DNA of 63,765 bases, filler included, from Bigelowiella natans CCMP2755 (Eukaryota > Protista > Cercozoa), in the NCBI GenBank assembly GCA_000320545.1. It is 8 parts of 8 records of this genome, joined end to end, with 100 filler letters (N's around TTAATTAATTAA, not from the genome) between each part and the next. Parts side by side here need not be neighbours in the genome. Positions count along the whole stretch, not along the records: positions 35,096 to 37,934 come from ADNK01003068.1; positions 38,035 to 51,896 come from ADNK01000419.1; 6 more parts are not named here. One strand, written 5' to 3'. Positions 37,261 through 51,000 of the stretch are shown piece by piece. Position numbers and translations under genes: made by a program. Under the pieces are notes generated by a model. The model saw nothing but the letters and a program-made list of their open reading frames with translations, was not told the origin of the DNA and made no database searches. Position 1 is the first letter of the stretch. Every line of letters begins with the position of its first letter.

Positions 37261-38063
37261 GAAGGGATCGGGATGGTTGAAAACAAGCGGCAGCAGCAGC
37301 TCCTCCGCACGGTGCGCAAGCAACATGCAATTATGGGTTTCCGACGAGAAAGGGTGGGATGGTGGGGGGGGGGGGGGGGGCCAGTTTTTAGATCCCCACA
37401 GAGGGGGGAAAAGGGGAGGGACGGCCTATATGAAGGAATGAAGCTCCTTTTAAAAGGGGCCGGAAAACTCCTATGGGTAATTGTAATTTAATTTTCCGAG
37501 GTATGCTCTTCCCCCTGTCATATTATACGGTTCGACGAAGCAATAGACACCCCCACATTGATAGTAAACGATTTATAGGTAATCTTGCAGAAGAAGTCAG
37601 TATCCATGCACAGCCACACACCCAAGCTTCCCTCCCTTACTCTACCCACGGATCCACACCTGAAAGGAAAGAACTAGCTTTGTCAGCAGAAAAATTGCAA
37701 TTAATGGTTCATTTTTTCCTATCTAGACGGACAGAAATATGAGAGCGACTACGATTTACATATACAGTACAAGAAAATAGTAATTTCTTCCTCAATAGCC
37801 TTTATTTCATACTCTGAAATGTCATTTCACTGGCATTAATCAGAATTATGAGGGATATTCCCCACATGAACTCTCTGAAATATCATAATTTTTCAGAGCA
37901 TGATGTCTTTGATGTCATTTTATTATGAAACTCCNNNNNNNNNNNNNNNNNNNNNNNNNNNNNNNNNNNNNNNNNNNNTTAATTAATTAANNNNNNNNNN
38001 NNNNNNNNNNNNNNNNNNNNNNNNNNNNNNNNNNATGGAAAATTCTATTTTCTCTCTTCCACG

Positions 38064-38102
<39 letters not shown>

Positions 38103-38150
38103 ACTGAAACAGTAATAATCAATCACACACGATGACGATGACGACGATAG

Positions 38151-38370
38151 GAGGCGATGAGGAGGAGTTTCTTGTACAATGGCGGTCGTACGCTGGATGC
38201 GGTTGCTCGTCCATACGCACAGGCAACAAATGGAACGCTCATCGAATCAAGGTAGTAGTAGATGTAGTAGTTGTAGTTATAGTAGCAGTAGTAGTAATAG
38301 TGAGTTGGCCGGATATTCATAACTACCAACGCTCTCAGGAGAAAGTGATACAAATGCATGCACAAAGAAC

Positions 38371-38409
<39 letters not shown>

Positions 38410-39043
38410 TTATATTAAAAATATATGAGAGAGAGTTCTCAGATTGACAGAATGAGCTTTGAAATAAACTGTCAATTCCCATCGTTCGCACTGTGATCGT
38501 CGGTGTTCTGGCTATCACTAACCCTCTGCGAAAGCACAATTCCTTCTTATTGAAAGTGCAACTATCTCCTCGTAGATACGTGATGACCGAGCGAACATAC
38601 TCGCTGAGATTCCGGAGGGATTCGAAAATGGCAGTAGCCGCCACCAAGGTGTGCGTTGTCATAATGGCAAATTAAAAAAAAAACATTGTGATAAATATGT
38701 ATATATATATATATATCTCGATGTGTGTTCTGGCATTGTTTCTGTGGCGGCATTATTGACGAATAACACCATTCGCAGGTCTTTATTCCCCTTTACCCTT
38801 ATGAAAGGGGATTCGATGTCACTCTCAGCAACGGCTCAGTCTCCCTCCATGTGCACAAGTACACCACGCACGCATGATGATGATGACTAAATCTTGTTAA
38901 AAATGCGAAGTTGGGGAAGGTGTTGGTAAGAGTGCTATTAGCTAACTGGTTGATGACACATACACAGGGACAACTACGCAATATTGGAATACACGACGTC
39001 TCCGGAGGACCAAATCTGTTCTCTGAGAATCACTCCAATGTAA
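38151..39043 (+). CDS. C-terminal exons of a GH5 endoglycoceramidase-like glycosidase
   Basis: GGRTLDAVARPYAQATNGTLIES|RY..YSLRF..ATK|VFIPLYPYERGFDVTLSNG|..ILEY..LRITPM* fits the GH5 C-terminal beta-sandwich (RPY...AG, TEIF.P..Y..GF.V..S.G). Confidence 0.7.
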
Positions 39044-39156
39044 GTAAGATGATGATGAAAAAGCAGGAACAAAATATTGCCGTGCGACATTCGCAGATTT
39101 GAAGTTTCGAGGAAAACATGAGGGCTTGATGAACTTCATCTATCGCTCCCTCCCCC

Positions 39157-39199
<43 letters not shown>

Positions 39200-39329
39200 G
39201 ACTTTGAACCTTTGATATTTCAGGAAGGATGGTTGTTGCGGTTAATGGATCTTCGAGCTGAATATGTACTGGAGATACTATATTATAAGCTATTTGTGTT
39301 GCTTTGTAATGCATTGGTGACTGCTGTCT

Positions 39330-39870
39330 GTTGTGCTTTCCACTATATTTATCGCCGTAGCATGCAGCTGGGTCGACACGTATGGCGAAGATACATACAG
39401 ACACTTTATTAGTAGACTATACATGTACAGACTCAGACTAATAAAACTCGATCAGTGCCATGCACGCTACTCTTTGCTGAAAGTTGTAAAAAAGATAAAT
39501 ATTATTGTTCAAGCGTGTTGTATAAACGATTGTCGCCAATACACATGTACATGCAAAGCGCTGCTAGCTGAACGTCTGTACATATGTTAGTTTAACCGTG
39601 CGTGCTGTGCTCTCTACCAATTTTGCTTTGCTGCATGTCACGCTACTTCGTACGCTACCTATAACATACCACCAAAAGCACATAATAACCTGCAGGTCTT
39701 GTGTCAAATGTTACGTGCATAATGTAACGAGCGCAACACTCCGCATGATGCAGTCAGCGCCTCATCATCAATGACGACCTGCTAACGAATAGTCACGGCC
39801 ATGCATGCATCATACATTGGCACACGTACATAGCATGTAATAATAATGCACACGCAAGCAATACGTGCAT
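39330..39870. other. Palindromic-word tract 5 (convergent intergenic, CATG/TGCA/GTAC-dominated)
   Basis: CATGTACATG at 39544-39553, CATGCATGCA, ACATGT, ACGTGCAT repeatedly. Confidence 0.65.
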
Positions 39871-40080
39871 ATAATGGTTGTTTTATTATTCCCTTTTATA
39901 ATTTGAATCAAAACACACTGTATTAGAGTACTATCGCTCGTAATTCGCCTAATATATACTTTGGACAATCAGCCGTCCGCTAGTCTTTTTACTGGAATAT
40001 ATGGGTCAGCAGTCTTCTAAGCAGTCAAGGGGCATGATGTCACTGCTATATAGCATGCATGCAGCCTGGCTGCGATGAAT

Positions 40081-41062
40081 CTAATAGAACACAGGTTCTT
40101 CTCCATCCCATTCCCCAACAACCTATAGGTAGTAGGCACGAGCTTAGTAAAGAACAACGCCGTGCATCACGTCGCTTCACGACGCATATCATTGGAACAG
40201 GCAATAAATAATACATCGCGTACGTGTATTCGTGCTCATATGAACTAGCGCTCAAGTTATTGTTCGTGTGTTAGATAGGATAACCTCTCCTTCCTCGGTG
40301 TAGACTTCATTTGTTGTAGGATCTACGAGATATGTCTGGCCCTCGTATATGCGTTCCTCCACCTTTAACAAACAGAACAACAACAAGAAGAAGAAGAACA
40401 AGCAAAATATTTCGTGATGAGAGCTTGGTAAGTAATAGTAATAGTAGTAGTAGTAGTAGTAGTAGCGTTTGTAGTAGTACAAATGCCTTCATCTTCTCAT
40501 CGAACAAAAGTAATAGGTGGGACGTAGATAGTCGGGTCGGCAGCCCTTGCCCTTCCACTCCCCCCCCCCCCTTTCTATTGTGGTGGTAGCACCTCTACTT
40601 CATCGTCGTCTACCACCGTAGCTTCATCTGTAGAAATGCATCAACATGTCCAAGACGATTTAGAGAACGTCCAACAATCTCTCAAAAGGCAACTCAAAAA
40701 TTGCGACAAAGTCAAGAGTCAAGGAATAATTGGGCCATTATTCGCCGCGGACAACACCGATGATCTGCCCTCATCGCAGGGTGAAACATGCCGTCTGCGA
40801 TGCTCTCGGTTTGAAATCGGATACATGATGGTTGGTGCGACGCGCTACTCCGTTGTACATTCGCGTTTACCCTCGAATGGCGTCGTTGCCATCTGCGCCG
40901 ATGTTGAAGCTGCAGCACCAGCAGCAGCACCAGCACTTGCTTGTTGATGAGACGATGGGGCGTCGTCCTTGCCATGGACATACTCTACCGCCTCCTTCAT
41001 CTCTTTTCCGAGATTTATCGATACTCCTCCAACAGAGAATGTGGTTTTTACCTGTTGGTGTG

Positions 41063-41096
<34 letters not shown>

Positions 41097-42086
41097 GAGG
41101 AGGAGGAGGAGGAGGAGGAGGAGGAGGAGGGGGGAGGGGGGGGGAGGAGTTAACACCGATTGGGATAATAAGAACGAGAACAACAACTAGCTTCCTTCAT
41201 TTCAATGATCTCGACAAGGTGGATGATGACGATGATGATGATTATGATGATGATGAACATGATGAACATGATGAAGATGAAGAAGAATATAATCAATCAT
41301 GCTGTGCTGAATGCTAACTTTGATGGATGACATCATCTCTCCCCCCCCTCCCCCCCCCCCTCTCTCTCCCTCTCTCTATGCCACCTTCTTGTTGTTTCCA
41401 CCCCCTCGACTAGTAGGCTGCGATGTTCGGCCTGTTATAGGCCTCGTCGAGAACGATATCCCCCTTTATTGTTCAAATCCAACAATTCGTTATGCATAAG
41501 GAAAAGGGGACCGCCGATGTATTCATTATCATCTCCTCTCTCCTTCTTAACTACTTTTTTAGTATTATTCTTCCATAGTTGTTGCACAAAACATGTGCGT
41601 TACGTAACACGAAATGTACAGCACAACGATAAGATATATACACCACCCATCATAAAAAAAGAACGGACACGTTATGCAGAAGGGGGGGGGGGGGAGATAC
41701 GTTAGCGTGGATTCCTAGCTGTCTGAACTCATTTTTGTGAAAGATGACTCACACACTCACCCACACACACACACAGAGAGAGAGAGAGATATTGACACAC
41801 ACTTGTGTTGTCATTATTCATAATTGTTTCCTTGCACTACTACTTCTAGTGCTGCTGCTGCTGCTTTTATACCTTTCATCTACTCCCAAAACATACACGC
41901 TCAGCTTATCGCCAACGGCCAACACCTCGGAGACAGAATTGATACGATCTGGAGATGCGAATCTTAGAGGTAGTAGTCCGCGCACACCGTCGTTGTCGAG
42001 CTAGTAGTATGAAGAAGTTGTTAAATATTTCTCATTAGAAAAGTGACAGGGAAGGAGTGAAGATCATCAGCGTATTAAACATTTGG

Positions 42087-42118
<32 letters not shown>

Positions 42119-42343
42119 GGAGAGAGTGCGAGAGAGAGAGAGGGAGAGATGTTTCTTATCACAAAGCAAATTGCTACTCCTCTCAACTAAGAATTATGTC
42201 AAACACATTACTGAGAGAATCGCTCCGTAGGGTTTCAAGCTGAGCACCTGACATCATCATCATCATCATCATCATCATCAAGTAATCATCATCGGAAAAA
42301 GAGCAAAGTTTTAATTTGAAATTGAAGATGATGATCATGACGA

Positions 42344-42411
<68 letters not shown>

Positions 42412-42662
42412 GATTGATCATCTCTCACCGTGGCCTGGAATTTCTGGTTGTTGACAGCTTGCTTGTACTTGGTCAAATCTTGATTTCTCAGGGGCTAATG
42501 TGCGCGATGAAAATAAATCAATTGCCGGCCATATATTATGCACATGCGTATGTGTGTGTGTATAGATATAGGAGGAGGAGGAGGAGGAGAGGAGAGAGGA
42601 GAAGGAGGAGAGAGGAAGAGGATAACAGTTGATGAAAGCATTGATTCAGTACTAGATCGGGA

Positions 42663-42697
<35 letters not shown>

Positions 42698-44601
42698 AAC
42701 AGGTTTCTACTGAGCAATACGACAACATGTTTGGTTGCATCGATAATCCTATCTTAACAATGTATTGCTCAAGGAGGAGGAAAATAATAGATATAGTGAT
42801 ACTCACCGCGTTAGTCGGAGGCGCCTTCCCTTCCCCCCCCTCTCCAGAAGGAGCTCCCAAAATCTACGGAAGAGTCGCATCATCATCATCATCATCATCA
42901 TCATTATCACCACCACGCCCACATAAGCAGCAGCAATACCAGTTTGTTGTTCTCAGTATCAATCCTCTGCACACTGACTTTAATCTTTTCTCCAATCGAA
43001 GGAATGCCACTAGCGTAGGCTGAACAACCACAAAGAAGAAGAAGAAGAAGAAGAAGATGATGATGATGATGAGGTCGTACCCAATGTCATAAAAGTTACA
43101 GAAATCTTGCCACTATTCAGTTGCTGTCGTGATCATGAAATGCATGGTCACTGCTACTACTGCCGTCACCACTTGCCGATATCACTCGACTGTACCGCTT
43201 GCTTCTTCTTCTTCTTTTTCGGTATTATTCTTCTATCACCTGTGCTCTTGAACCAACTCGAGTGAAGTAATCCGTCCTTCCCTGCGCCGACATCGATGAA
43301 AGCACCAAACTTGGTTAAAAATTTAACGGTTCCTTCAACCTGTGGCCATTAGAATACGTATGGGTATATTATTTACCCATGATCATCATTATTATTGTTG
43401 ATCTGCTTTTCGTCTTTTTTAAGCAGGAAAAACACGAAGAAGGAGCGTTAATCGGCGACCACTTCTCCTTCTTTGATGTTTTCGGTGTTGAGCTTCGGTT
43501 CGGGGATCACAGCGGATAATCGGAATCGTGATGACCCGAGATCCACCTCGGCCACACGGACTTGCACAGAATCTCCTCTCTAAAATTAAATAATTTTAAT
43601 AAATAATAATCATAACGAGAAAAGGGGTCTTGGCGAACTGAATAGTAGCATTGTAAATCAACCATTTCTGTCATTGTCATTATTATTATTTATTATTATT
43701 ATTATTACTAATATTATAAATCCAAATACAACAATCCACACCTCTGGGCTGGGGTTAATCTTCCGAAGTTCCCTGCTCGGTAAGAGGCCATCCTGATCAC
43801 ATTAGTACTGATTCTAAATTGCAAGCTCCCCCAATTTTTTGAATACTCATGTTCATAAGAAGGAAAGAGGGTATTTTCAACGACAACCCGTTCGAATCCA
43901 ATGTTGACGAAAGCACCGAAATTCTTCGAAGCCATTATTTTCCCCTTTTTACGATTAAAGCGGAAGTTAAATCATTCACTGAACTCATATTTGCGGATAT
44001 TAGACACCACCTCGAATACATCGTTTACTTTGAGTTCATCGAGCCCTCTTTGTTCAAAAAAATCATACGATTATACACGCTAACAAGAAATTTTTAATAG
44101 GGTACTATTTCCACCTGCCACTTTTTGTCTGCGGTGCTGCTTCAAACCGTTGCGAAGGTGCTCTCCAAACCCCATCGATTCCAATTCCAGTGTTTCCTTC
44201 GCAAGATGCCACGAAACTCGGTCTGATGGATCTTTGAACGGCACCAAGTTGCCTTCAGTCCGTGTTTAAAACAATGCCAAAAGTTGTTATTATTCAGTTG
44301 TATGCCTGCTTTCATTGGATATCGTATATATGATTGTGGTTTTCGGTATGAATTCATGTGAACATAAATTTGCACGGCGAAAATATCTCTCTCGACGTGC
44401 TGCAGAGTGTCCATTTTCCCTAGTTACGTTCCAACACTCGTACCTATCTAGAAGAAGAGATGTCGTTCTTCGGACGGCTGTTCCCCTAGGGGAGAATGAG
44501 AGCCCGGAGATACTCCGGGTAGTTACGATGGAAATGATACATGTGGTGGCCGCTACCAAGATGATGGCAAGACGGATGGAGGGGTGGCTTCTAGGAACCA
44601 T
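40081..44601 (-). CDS. Three-S1-domain RNA-binding protein with a putative bipartite (signal + transit) leader and an acidic C-terminal module
   Basis: S1-1 GKIMASKNFGAFVNIGFERDGLLP..GDSVQVRVAEVD; S1-2 VEGTVKFLTKFGAFIDVGAGKDGLLH..GEKIKVSVQRID; S1-3 ATVLSLKPYGAILSLDNDGVRGLL..VGDKLSVYVLGVDERGISFS; leader MVPRSHPSIRLAIILVAATTCIISIVTTRSISGLSFSPRGTAVRR. Confidence 0.88.
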
Positions 44602-45113
44602 TGAGCTTTGGTAGGGAGTTTATGTGGGACGGAGACGTGGGCACGGCCAAAGGTATGGCCAATTTTGATGCAAATTTGGGAATAAATCCGTGTCTTTCCT
44701 GCTGAATGGCATCATTCTGCAATTCTTCAACTTGTTTTTGGAGAATTCATGTCGCAGGGGGCTTATGGAACTACGAACTTCGAATCCCGGATATTAATGG
44801 ACATTCCCGGGCGAGTGTACAAATTACATTTCTGTCGGTAGGAATGAGTTGACGCGGGTGAAAAATGGCCTGTATTCTGGATCCTATAAAGGGAAACAGC
44901 GTTACACTCGTCGGCAGTGCATTTCAGAAGGGCAAACTGCCGCTCGCTATCACCGATCGTCGGCCCCGGACACATGAAGATCTAGATCGAGATTGACTAC
45001 TTGGTGACAGGTCCACCAGATGTCAAGAGAGAGAAGTGAGGGAGAGAGGAGCACCGTTGGAATTGTTGTTCAAGTATACTCATTTGGCTGTCCTATCAAT
45101 TTATACGAAATTC

Positions 45114-46410
45114 ATGGGGATCTGTTCTTCGGAAGAAGGGCAGCCCTCTCATCACGGCAGAAAGCCCGACAAAGGCAACGGGAGGAACAAAAGAGGGGGT
45201 GAGGTCCGGCTTATGTTGATTGGGCCAGCACAAAGTGGCAAGAGTACCTTCAAGAAGCAACTTTTGAGAATTCATAATGGCGATCTCGATGTGAAGGCGC
45301 GAAGAGATTACGCCGAAGCGGTGAACGTGAACATTCGAGACGCCATCCAAGGTCTTATTAACATATCAAGGACCTACGGAAACGGGATGAATAATTCAAA
45401 GTTAGCATATGACAAAAGTCTTGAACCATGTGCAGAGAAAGTGATGCAATATTTCAAGGTAAACGATGAAGGCCGAATTAGTAGGGAAATTGGGGAACTT
45501 ATCTCCCAAATATGGGAGGATCCCAGCATCAAGGCATGCTACAAAGATATCGATGACCCAGAGTATAATCTACCCGATTCAACGACCTACTTCATGGCAG
45601 AGATTAATAGAATCTGCCAATCCGGCTACATACCTACTATGGAAGACATTATTCGAGTGCGATGGACCACAACAGGAGCACCTAGCGAGAGTTTTGAATT
45701 TGCAGGATATACAGTTACGCTCGTTGATTTAGGTGGGCAGCTCAGCGAAAGAAGGTGATGATGTTTCAGACTCCATGTTTAAGTTTCCGGTGCCGAAATT
45801 TGACCTCATTCGGCAATTTTACCCACAAAACAGAAAATGGAACAGGTGCATTGAGGACTCCAAAGGAGCTACTGCTGTGCTGTTTCTTGGATCATTGAGT
45901 GGATTTCACAAGAAATGCATCGAGAATCAAGGAATAACCCAGTTGGAAGAAGCCTTTGAAATTTTCAAAGAGTTTGTTCCAAAATTAGATGAGAATACGC
46001 ACGTTATCCTTATTCTTAACAAATTCGACCTTTTCCGTGAAGAAATTGGCAATCGTGATATTACCGATTGCCCGCTTCTGAAAGATTATAAAGGCGACCT
46101 TAGGAATACAGAAACTACTCTTAACTTTATTCAACATAAATTCTACCAACTCTATCAGGTAGTAGCACTACAATTCTGCTTACAAACAAAAATCCAACGA
46201 TCATGATCATAATATATTTGTATGCAAGATTTATGACACAGCTTCCCTAATCCCTTTCCAAATGCCACGCCGAATTAGGAGATGAGACCAGGATCTCTAA
46301 TGCATTCGCACGCATCGGACGCCACACATGAGGATGTAGTCCAACAAATATTCTGGGACATCACTGACTCGGTGCTACGTTTCAGTCTAAAAAATTCAGG
46401 TTTCATATAG
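45114..46410 (+). CDS. Heterotrimeric G-protein alpha subunit (divergent); exons 45114-45754, 45834-46158, 46279-46410
   Basis: MGICSS acylation motif, GPAQSGKST, RVRWTTTG, DLGGQLSERRKW, LILNKFDLF, HASDAT, C-terminal LKNSGFI*. Confidence 0.95.
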
Positions 46411-46429
46411 AGTTTTACTTCCTATCAAT

Positions 46430-47170
46430 GCAACACACTGACGCACGAATAGCGTATGTAGCTGGATGCTTTATTCAGCCGATAATGGCAATGAAAATCA
46501 TGAGTCACATGCCAAATAGCGCGCACTGTAGTAGATGCTGTACAGCACACTATGCAAGCTATGTGCACGTTGTTATAGCCATAACTGGCTAGCTGGTGCG
46601 TGAGCGTTGCGCTCACCAGCGAACGCAAACGATGCACGCTACGGTAAGTCAAATGCCTTAAAGCTTAGCTTCCAAAACTGAGTGATCTGCATGTCTAGAT
46701 GTGGGGGGGCGCTGATGTGTACTAGTATGGGATGCATAGACGCTCAAAGCTCGGGCAGCTGAGCATGCCCACTAGACATATCTAGATAGCTCTAGAGCTA
46801 CATGTACAGCACATGCATGTGCATGTGCATGTGTGTCGTGTGTTACATCGCTAGCTAGATCGTTCTGGTGTTGTTGACGCACGTTACATGAAAGCAGCAC
46901 CCTAGCACCCCCCTAGCTAGCTAGCCCCACGTTACACAATGTGCAGCACACATCCCGGACGCTCTAGCATTTGCAAGCTTATTGACTTGTCCTACACTGC
47001 ATGTGATGTCAACTGGTACGCGCGCAATCGTACATAGCACAGACACCTAGATCAACAGCGTGCGTGCTAGCAGCGTGTAGATGCATGCCCTTGAAAACAT
47101 GATCCTCGTCATTTATAGTATGGACATGACAAACACAATGCGCACCACGCATGCATGGATGTACATGTAC
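46430..47170. other. Palindromic-word tract 6 (convergent intergenic)
   Basis: GCACATGCATGTGC at 46809-46822, CTAGCTAGCTAG near 46913, AGCTCTAGAGCT. Confidence 0.8.
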
Positions 47171-47220
47171 ACATAGCCAACGCAATAGAAGCCGGAAAAA
47201 TCAGTTGAGCCGACATGACC

Positions 47221-47408
47221 CTACCCTTTTTTTGGTCTGTACCGTTCTCGAATGTCATCTAGACGTGAGCGTAATGGCTTCGGCGGCTTGGCGACTCCCA
47301 ACTTCTCGATCATTTTTTCATCACCTTTTCTCCACGGATTGTTAGACTCACCGAACAAGCCATAATATGCGTCTCCATGCTTTTGCCTGACGACCTAGTA
47401 TATGACGG

Positions 47409-47454
<46 letters not shown>

Positions 47455-48139
47455 GGGGCTCACATAACGATAATAGCAGCATGAAGAACGAGTAGTTTAC
47501 CTTTCTATCATCATCTTTTCCAACGATTATATAGCGCCGCCGTTGCCGACGTCTTATCTGTGAAACCACAGGACGAAGATATCAGCCAATCAGGAAAAAA
47601 TAAAGCTCCGTTCGCATAAGCTCTTATCCTCCTCTCCCTCTCATACCTTTATGTTCTCTCCACTCTGTGCTGTTACATTAGCAATGATGAAAAAAAAAAC
47701 AGACAGATTCTACATTCCTCCCACCTGCGCAGGTCTTCGAAGATACGCCTTTCCTCTTTTGCCTGAACAAAATGTAAGACTTAAAAGACGATATGTAGAT
47801 GTGCGAAAAACGCAAACAATGCCGCAATTATCGTAGTAATTCATGAGATTTCACATACACACACTGGAAACAGTACAGTGCTCAGCCATATCATCAATAC
47901 AAACACAATGCTGGTCTCATATCTAACGAAATCCTGTGATGTGTTGGCCTTAACACACTCGCTTCCAAGATGAGCATTTCTACCATTTGTCGTTGTGGAT
48001 GACAAAATAGAATAGAAATGGAATAATTGATTGGGAGTGAATCATCACCGCGTTTTGTTACCTGGAAGGACGTGAAGATACTCGAGCTCATTCTCTCCTC
48101 GAATACCCATTGCCTGTGAGGAAGTATGGAAGAGAAAGA

Positions 48140-48184
<45 letters not shown>

Positions 48185-48436
48185 AGCACAGGGCAACGAC
48201 ATCAAAAAGTACAGGTTGAAAACGGATGCTAATATATGATTACGCTCTTCCATTTTAACACATCGTAATAGTAATAGAGATTTCCCACCTTTCGCGCCTT
48301 CAAGACCTCCTTTGCCCGTTTGCTGTGGAGGGAGGGGGTAAGTAAAAATAGTAACGAAGTTATGGATCCTATACTCTCATAACTAGGTCAGTCCTTTAAT
48401 TTTACTCCTATTCATTCATTATTCGTTCATGAATAT

Positions 48437-48478
<42 letters not shown>

Positions 48479-48573
48479 CTCCCTCTCCCCCTCCTACTCT
48501 CTCTACTTCAACCCACCTCGTCTCCTCTTTTGTTACGAGCTCTGCTATAGGCTTCAGCTGCGATGTTATAGAA

Positions 48574-48623
<50 letters not shown>

Positions 48624-49857
48624 ATATATTGTATACTGGCTTTAACGAAAAGCGGGGAAAGGCCTTCTTCTTCTTATCGTTCTGTGCCACGACGAACGAA
48701 GAAGTATGGCGACAAGTTTCGTTGTAGAGCGGCAGGACTGGTCTCTTCTCAAAGCTGTATTATCTAACTGCATTTTTGCTGATTTCTTCTTCTTCTTATT
48801 CTTCTTCTTCTTCTTCTTCTTCTTCTTCTTCTATGTTCTGGTAGACAAGCATCAGCAGCACTAATATTAATTTGAATCGTCCACCACCTACCTTTTTATA
48901 ATCCTCCACGCTCTTTGGAAGAGGGTATCTGCCAGCATGCAGTAGTAGTAATTAGTAGTAGTTGTAGTAGTAGCAGCCCATCACATCATGGTAAAAAAAG
49001 GTGTTTCATCGGTCAGAAATGTGTGCCGCAGAGTAGGGTAAAATGCTGTGTTTCGGGGCCGCTTATTCGTGAAACAATAACGTACATTCTTCCTCCAATA
49101 TCAACGGTAGGCTTAAAATCCATCACAGGAAGTCCTGACGATATTAAGAGGGGGGGGAAGAGAAGGTAAACCAGAGAGCAGAGCACGATAATGAAGGATA
49201 TCAAGATGACACATTGCTTCTACTTCGTATAATTCCTTGCAGATGTGCTGTTTGTATTTATTATTTATGCTTTGATTCCTCTCTCCTCCTCCTCCTCCTC
49301 CTCCTCCTCCTCCTCCTCCTCTTCCTCCTCCCCTTCTTCGTTCTCTGATCATACCCATCACATATTTCTGCTCATCTTTCTTGGAAGCCTTTTCTCTTGC
49401 CTCGGCATCAAGTCTTCGTCGCATTTCCTAAACAAAATAAACAAAACATCCGATTAAAGAAGAAGAAGGAGAAGAAGAAGAAGAAGAAGAAGCAGAATAA
49501 GATATAACGAAGTGCTATTTTCCCTATTTCGTCCTCTTCTTTACCATAAGAGAGATGGGCGCTACGAGCGCATGGTATTTGTCGTTCACATCCCCCGTCG
49601 CGCTGCTAATAGCACCTTCCACTGACTGAAAGATAAGAAGAAAAAATATATATATATGTATACATATATTCCGTTGGGTCACAATCCGCAACTCTCTTCT
49701 TCAAGAAGGTAGGGCATACCCGTCGAAGAACAAGTTGTCTGTTTTCCACCTTATCAAGCTGCGAACAATGGCAGTAGTGCCAATATTGGAGATGTATTCA
49801 TTCAGTATGCGAATATAACATTTCAGCACGCAAACACATGTACACAGAGCACACATG

Positions 49858-49891
<34 letters not shown>

Positions 49892-50467
49892 CAATACGCA
49901 TATATAAATCAACTCTTCAACTCCCGCTCCAACGGCAAAGCTGTTTGTTTTTCTGTGCACGAAGAGAGATCACCAGAAGAGCTGGTTTTGCATTAGACAA
50001 CACAATACTATATGGGATGTATCTAGTAGCAACCAGGCCTGTCATGCCTACACGCGTATCAGCGCGCTGGTGAGTGAGAAGCCTAAATATATATATATTA
50101 TCATTGATTTTAGGATATCGCAACCAGTGTGCGTTGTGACTGTGCGAGAGAGCAGCATGATGTTGTCGGTTTATGCGCATATCTGACGTTGGCTGGTGAC
50201 GCATACTGTCGCGTAAGTCCCGAAACTCCTGCATAACAGCCAGCAGCCAACTTTCACATTTAAAACCACAAACTTGTGGAGAGGATTATTGTTTTTTAAA
50301 TCTGCTCGCCTTCGCCCTCCCTCCCCCCTCTCTCTTCGTAGAGTATTCTCAGGAGTCATTTGACAAAATCATGCCTGTTTCTTCTTCTCGATAACTTGAA
50401 ATCTGAGAGGAAATTAAAGAATATGTTTATCCTGAGTTATGCTAGGACGATGAAAACACAGAGGCTA

Positions 50468-50512
<45 letters not shown>

Positions 50513-50960
50513 CATGATGGCGTTGAATGATGATGACAACCTGTAGAAATCATCGTGTGTTTGGAAGCCTCGAGCTGCAGATCTGAACAAGATGTGGTGG
50601 TGGTGGTGGGTGGTGGTGATGATGATGGTGATGGTGAGCATAGCACAATGTTGTTGGTAAATTATGCATTCGTTACGATCAACACTATCTTGCGAAGAAC
50701 AAGAAGAAAAGAAACTTCAGTAGTTGCAAAGAGAAGATAGTTCTGTCAGCTTGGTTTGAGAATCTATCTCCTGATTAGTACCTTCCTCTTTTCTGTTCTG
50801 TGATGAGTTTTTCCTCCGCCCTCTGAGCGATGTCACCCACGTTTGTATGCAAACAATAAACACATTATTCATTCCTCATCATCAATCATCATTATCATCA
50901 TCATCATCATCATCATCATCATCTTTGTGTACATATATAATATAATTTGGAACCATGTGC

Positions 50961-51000
<40 letters not shown>

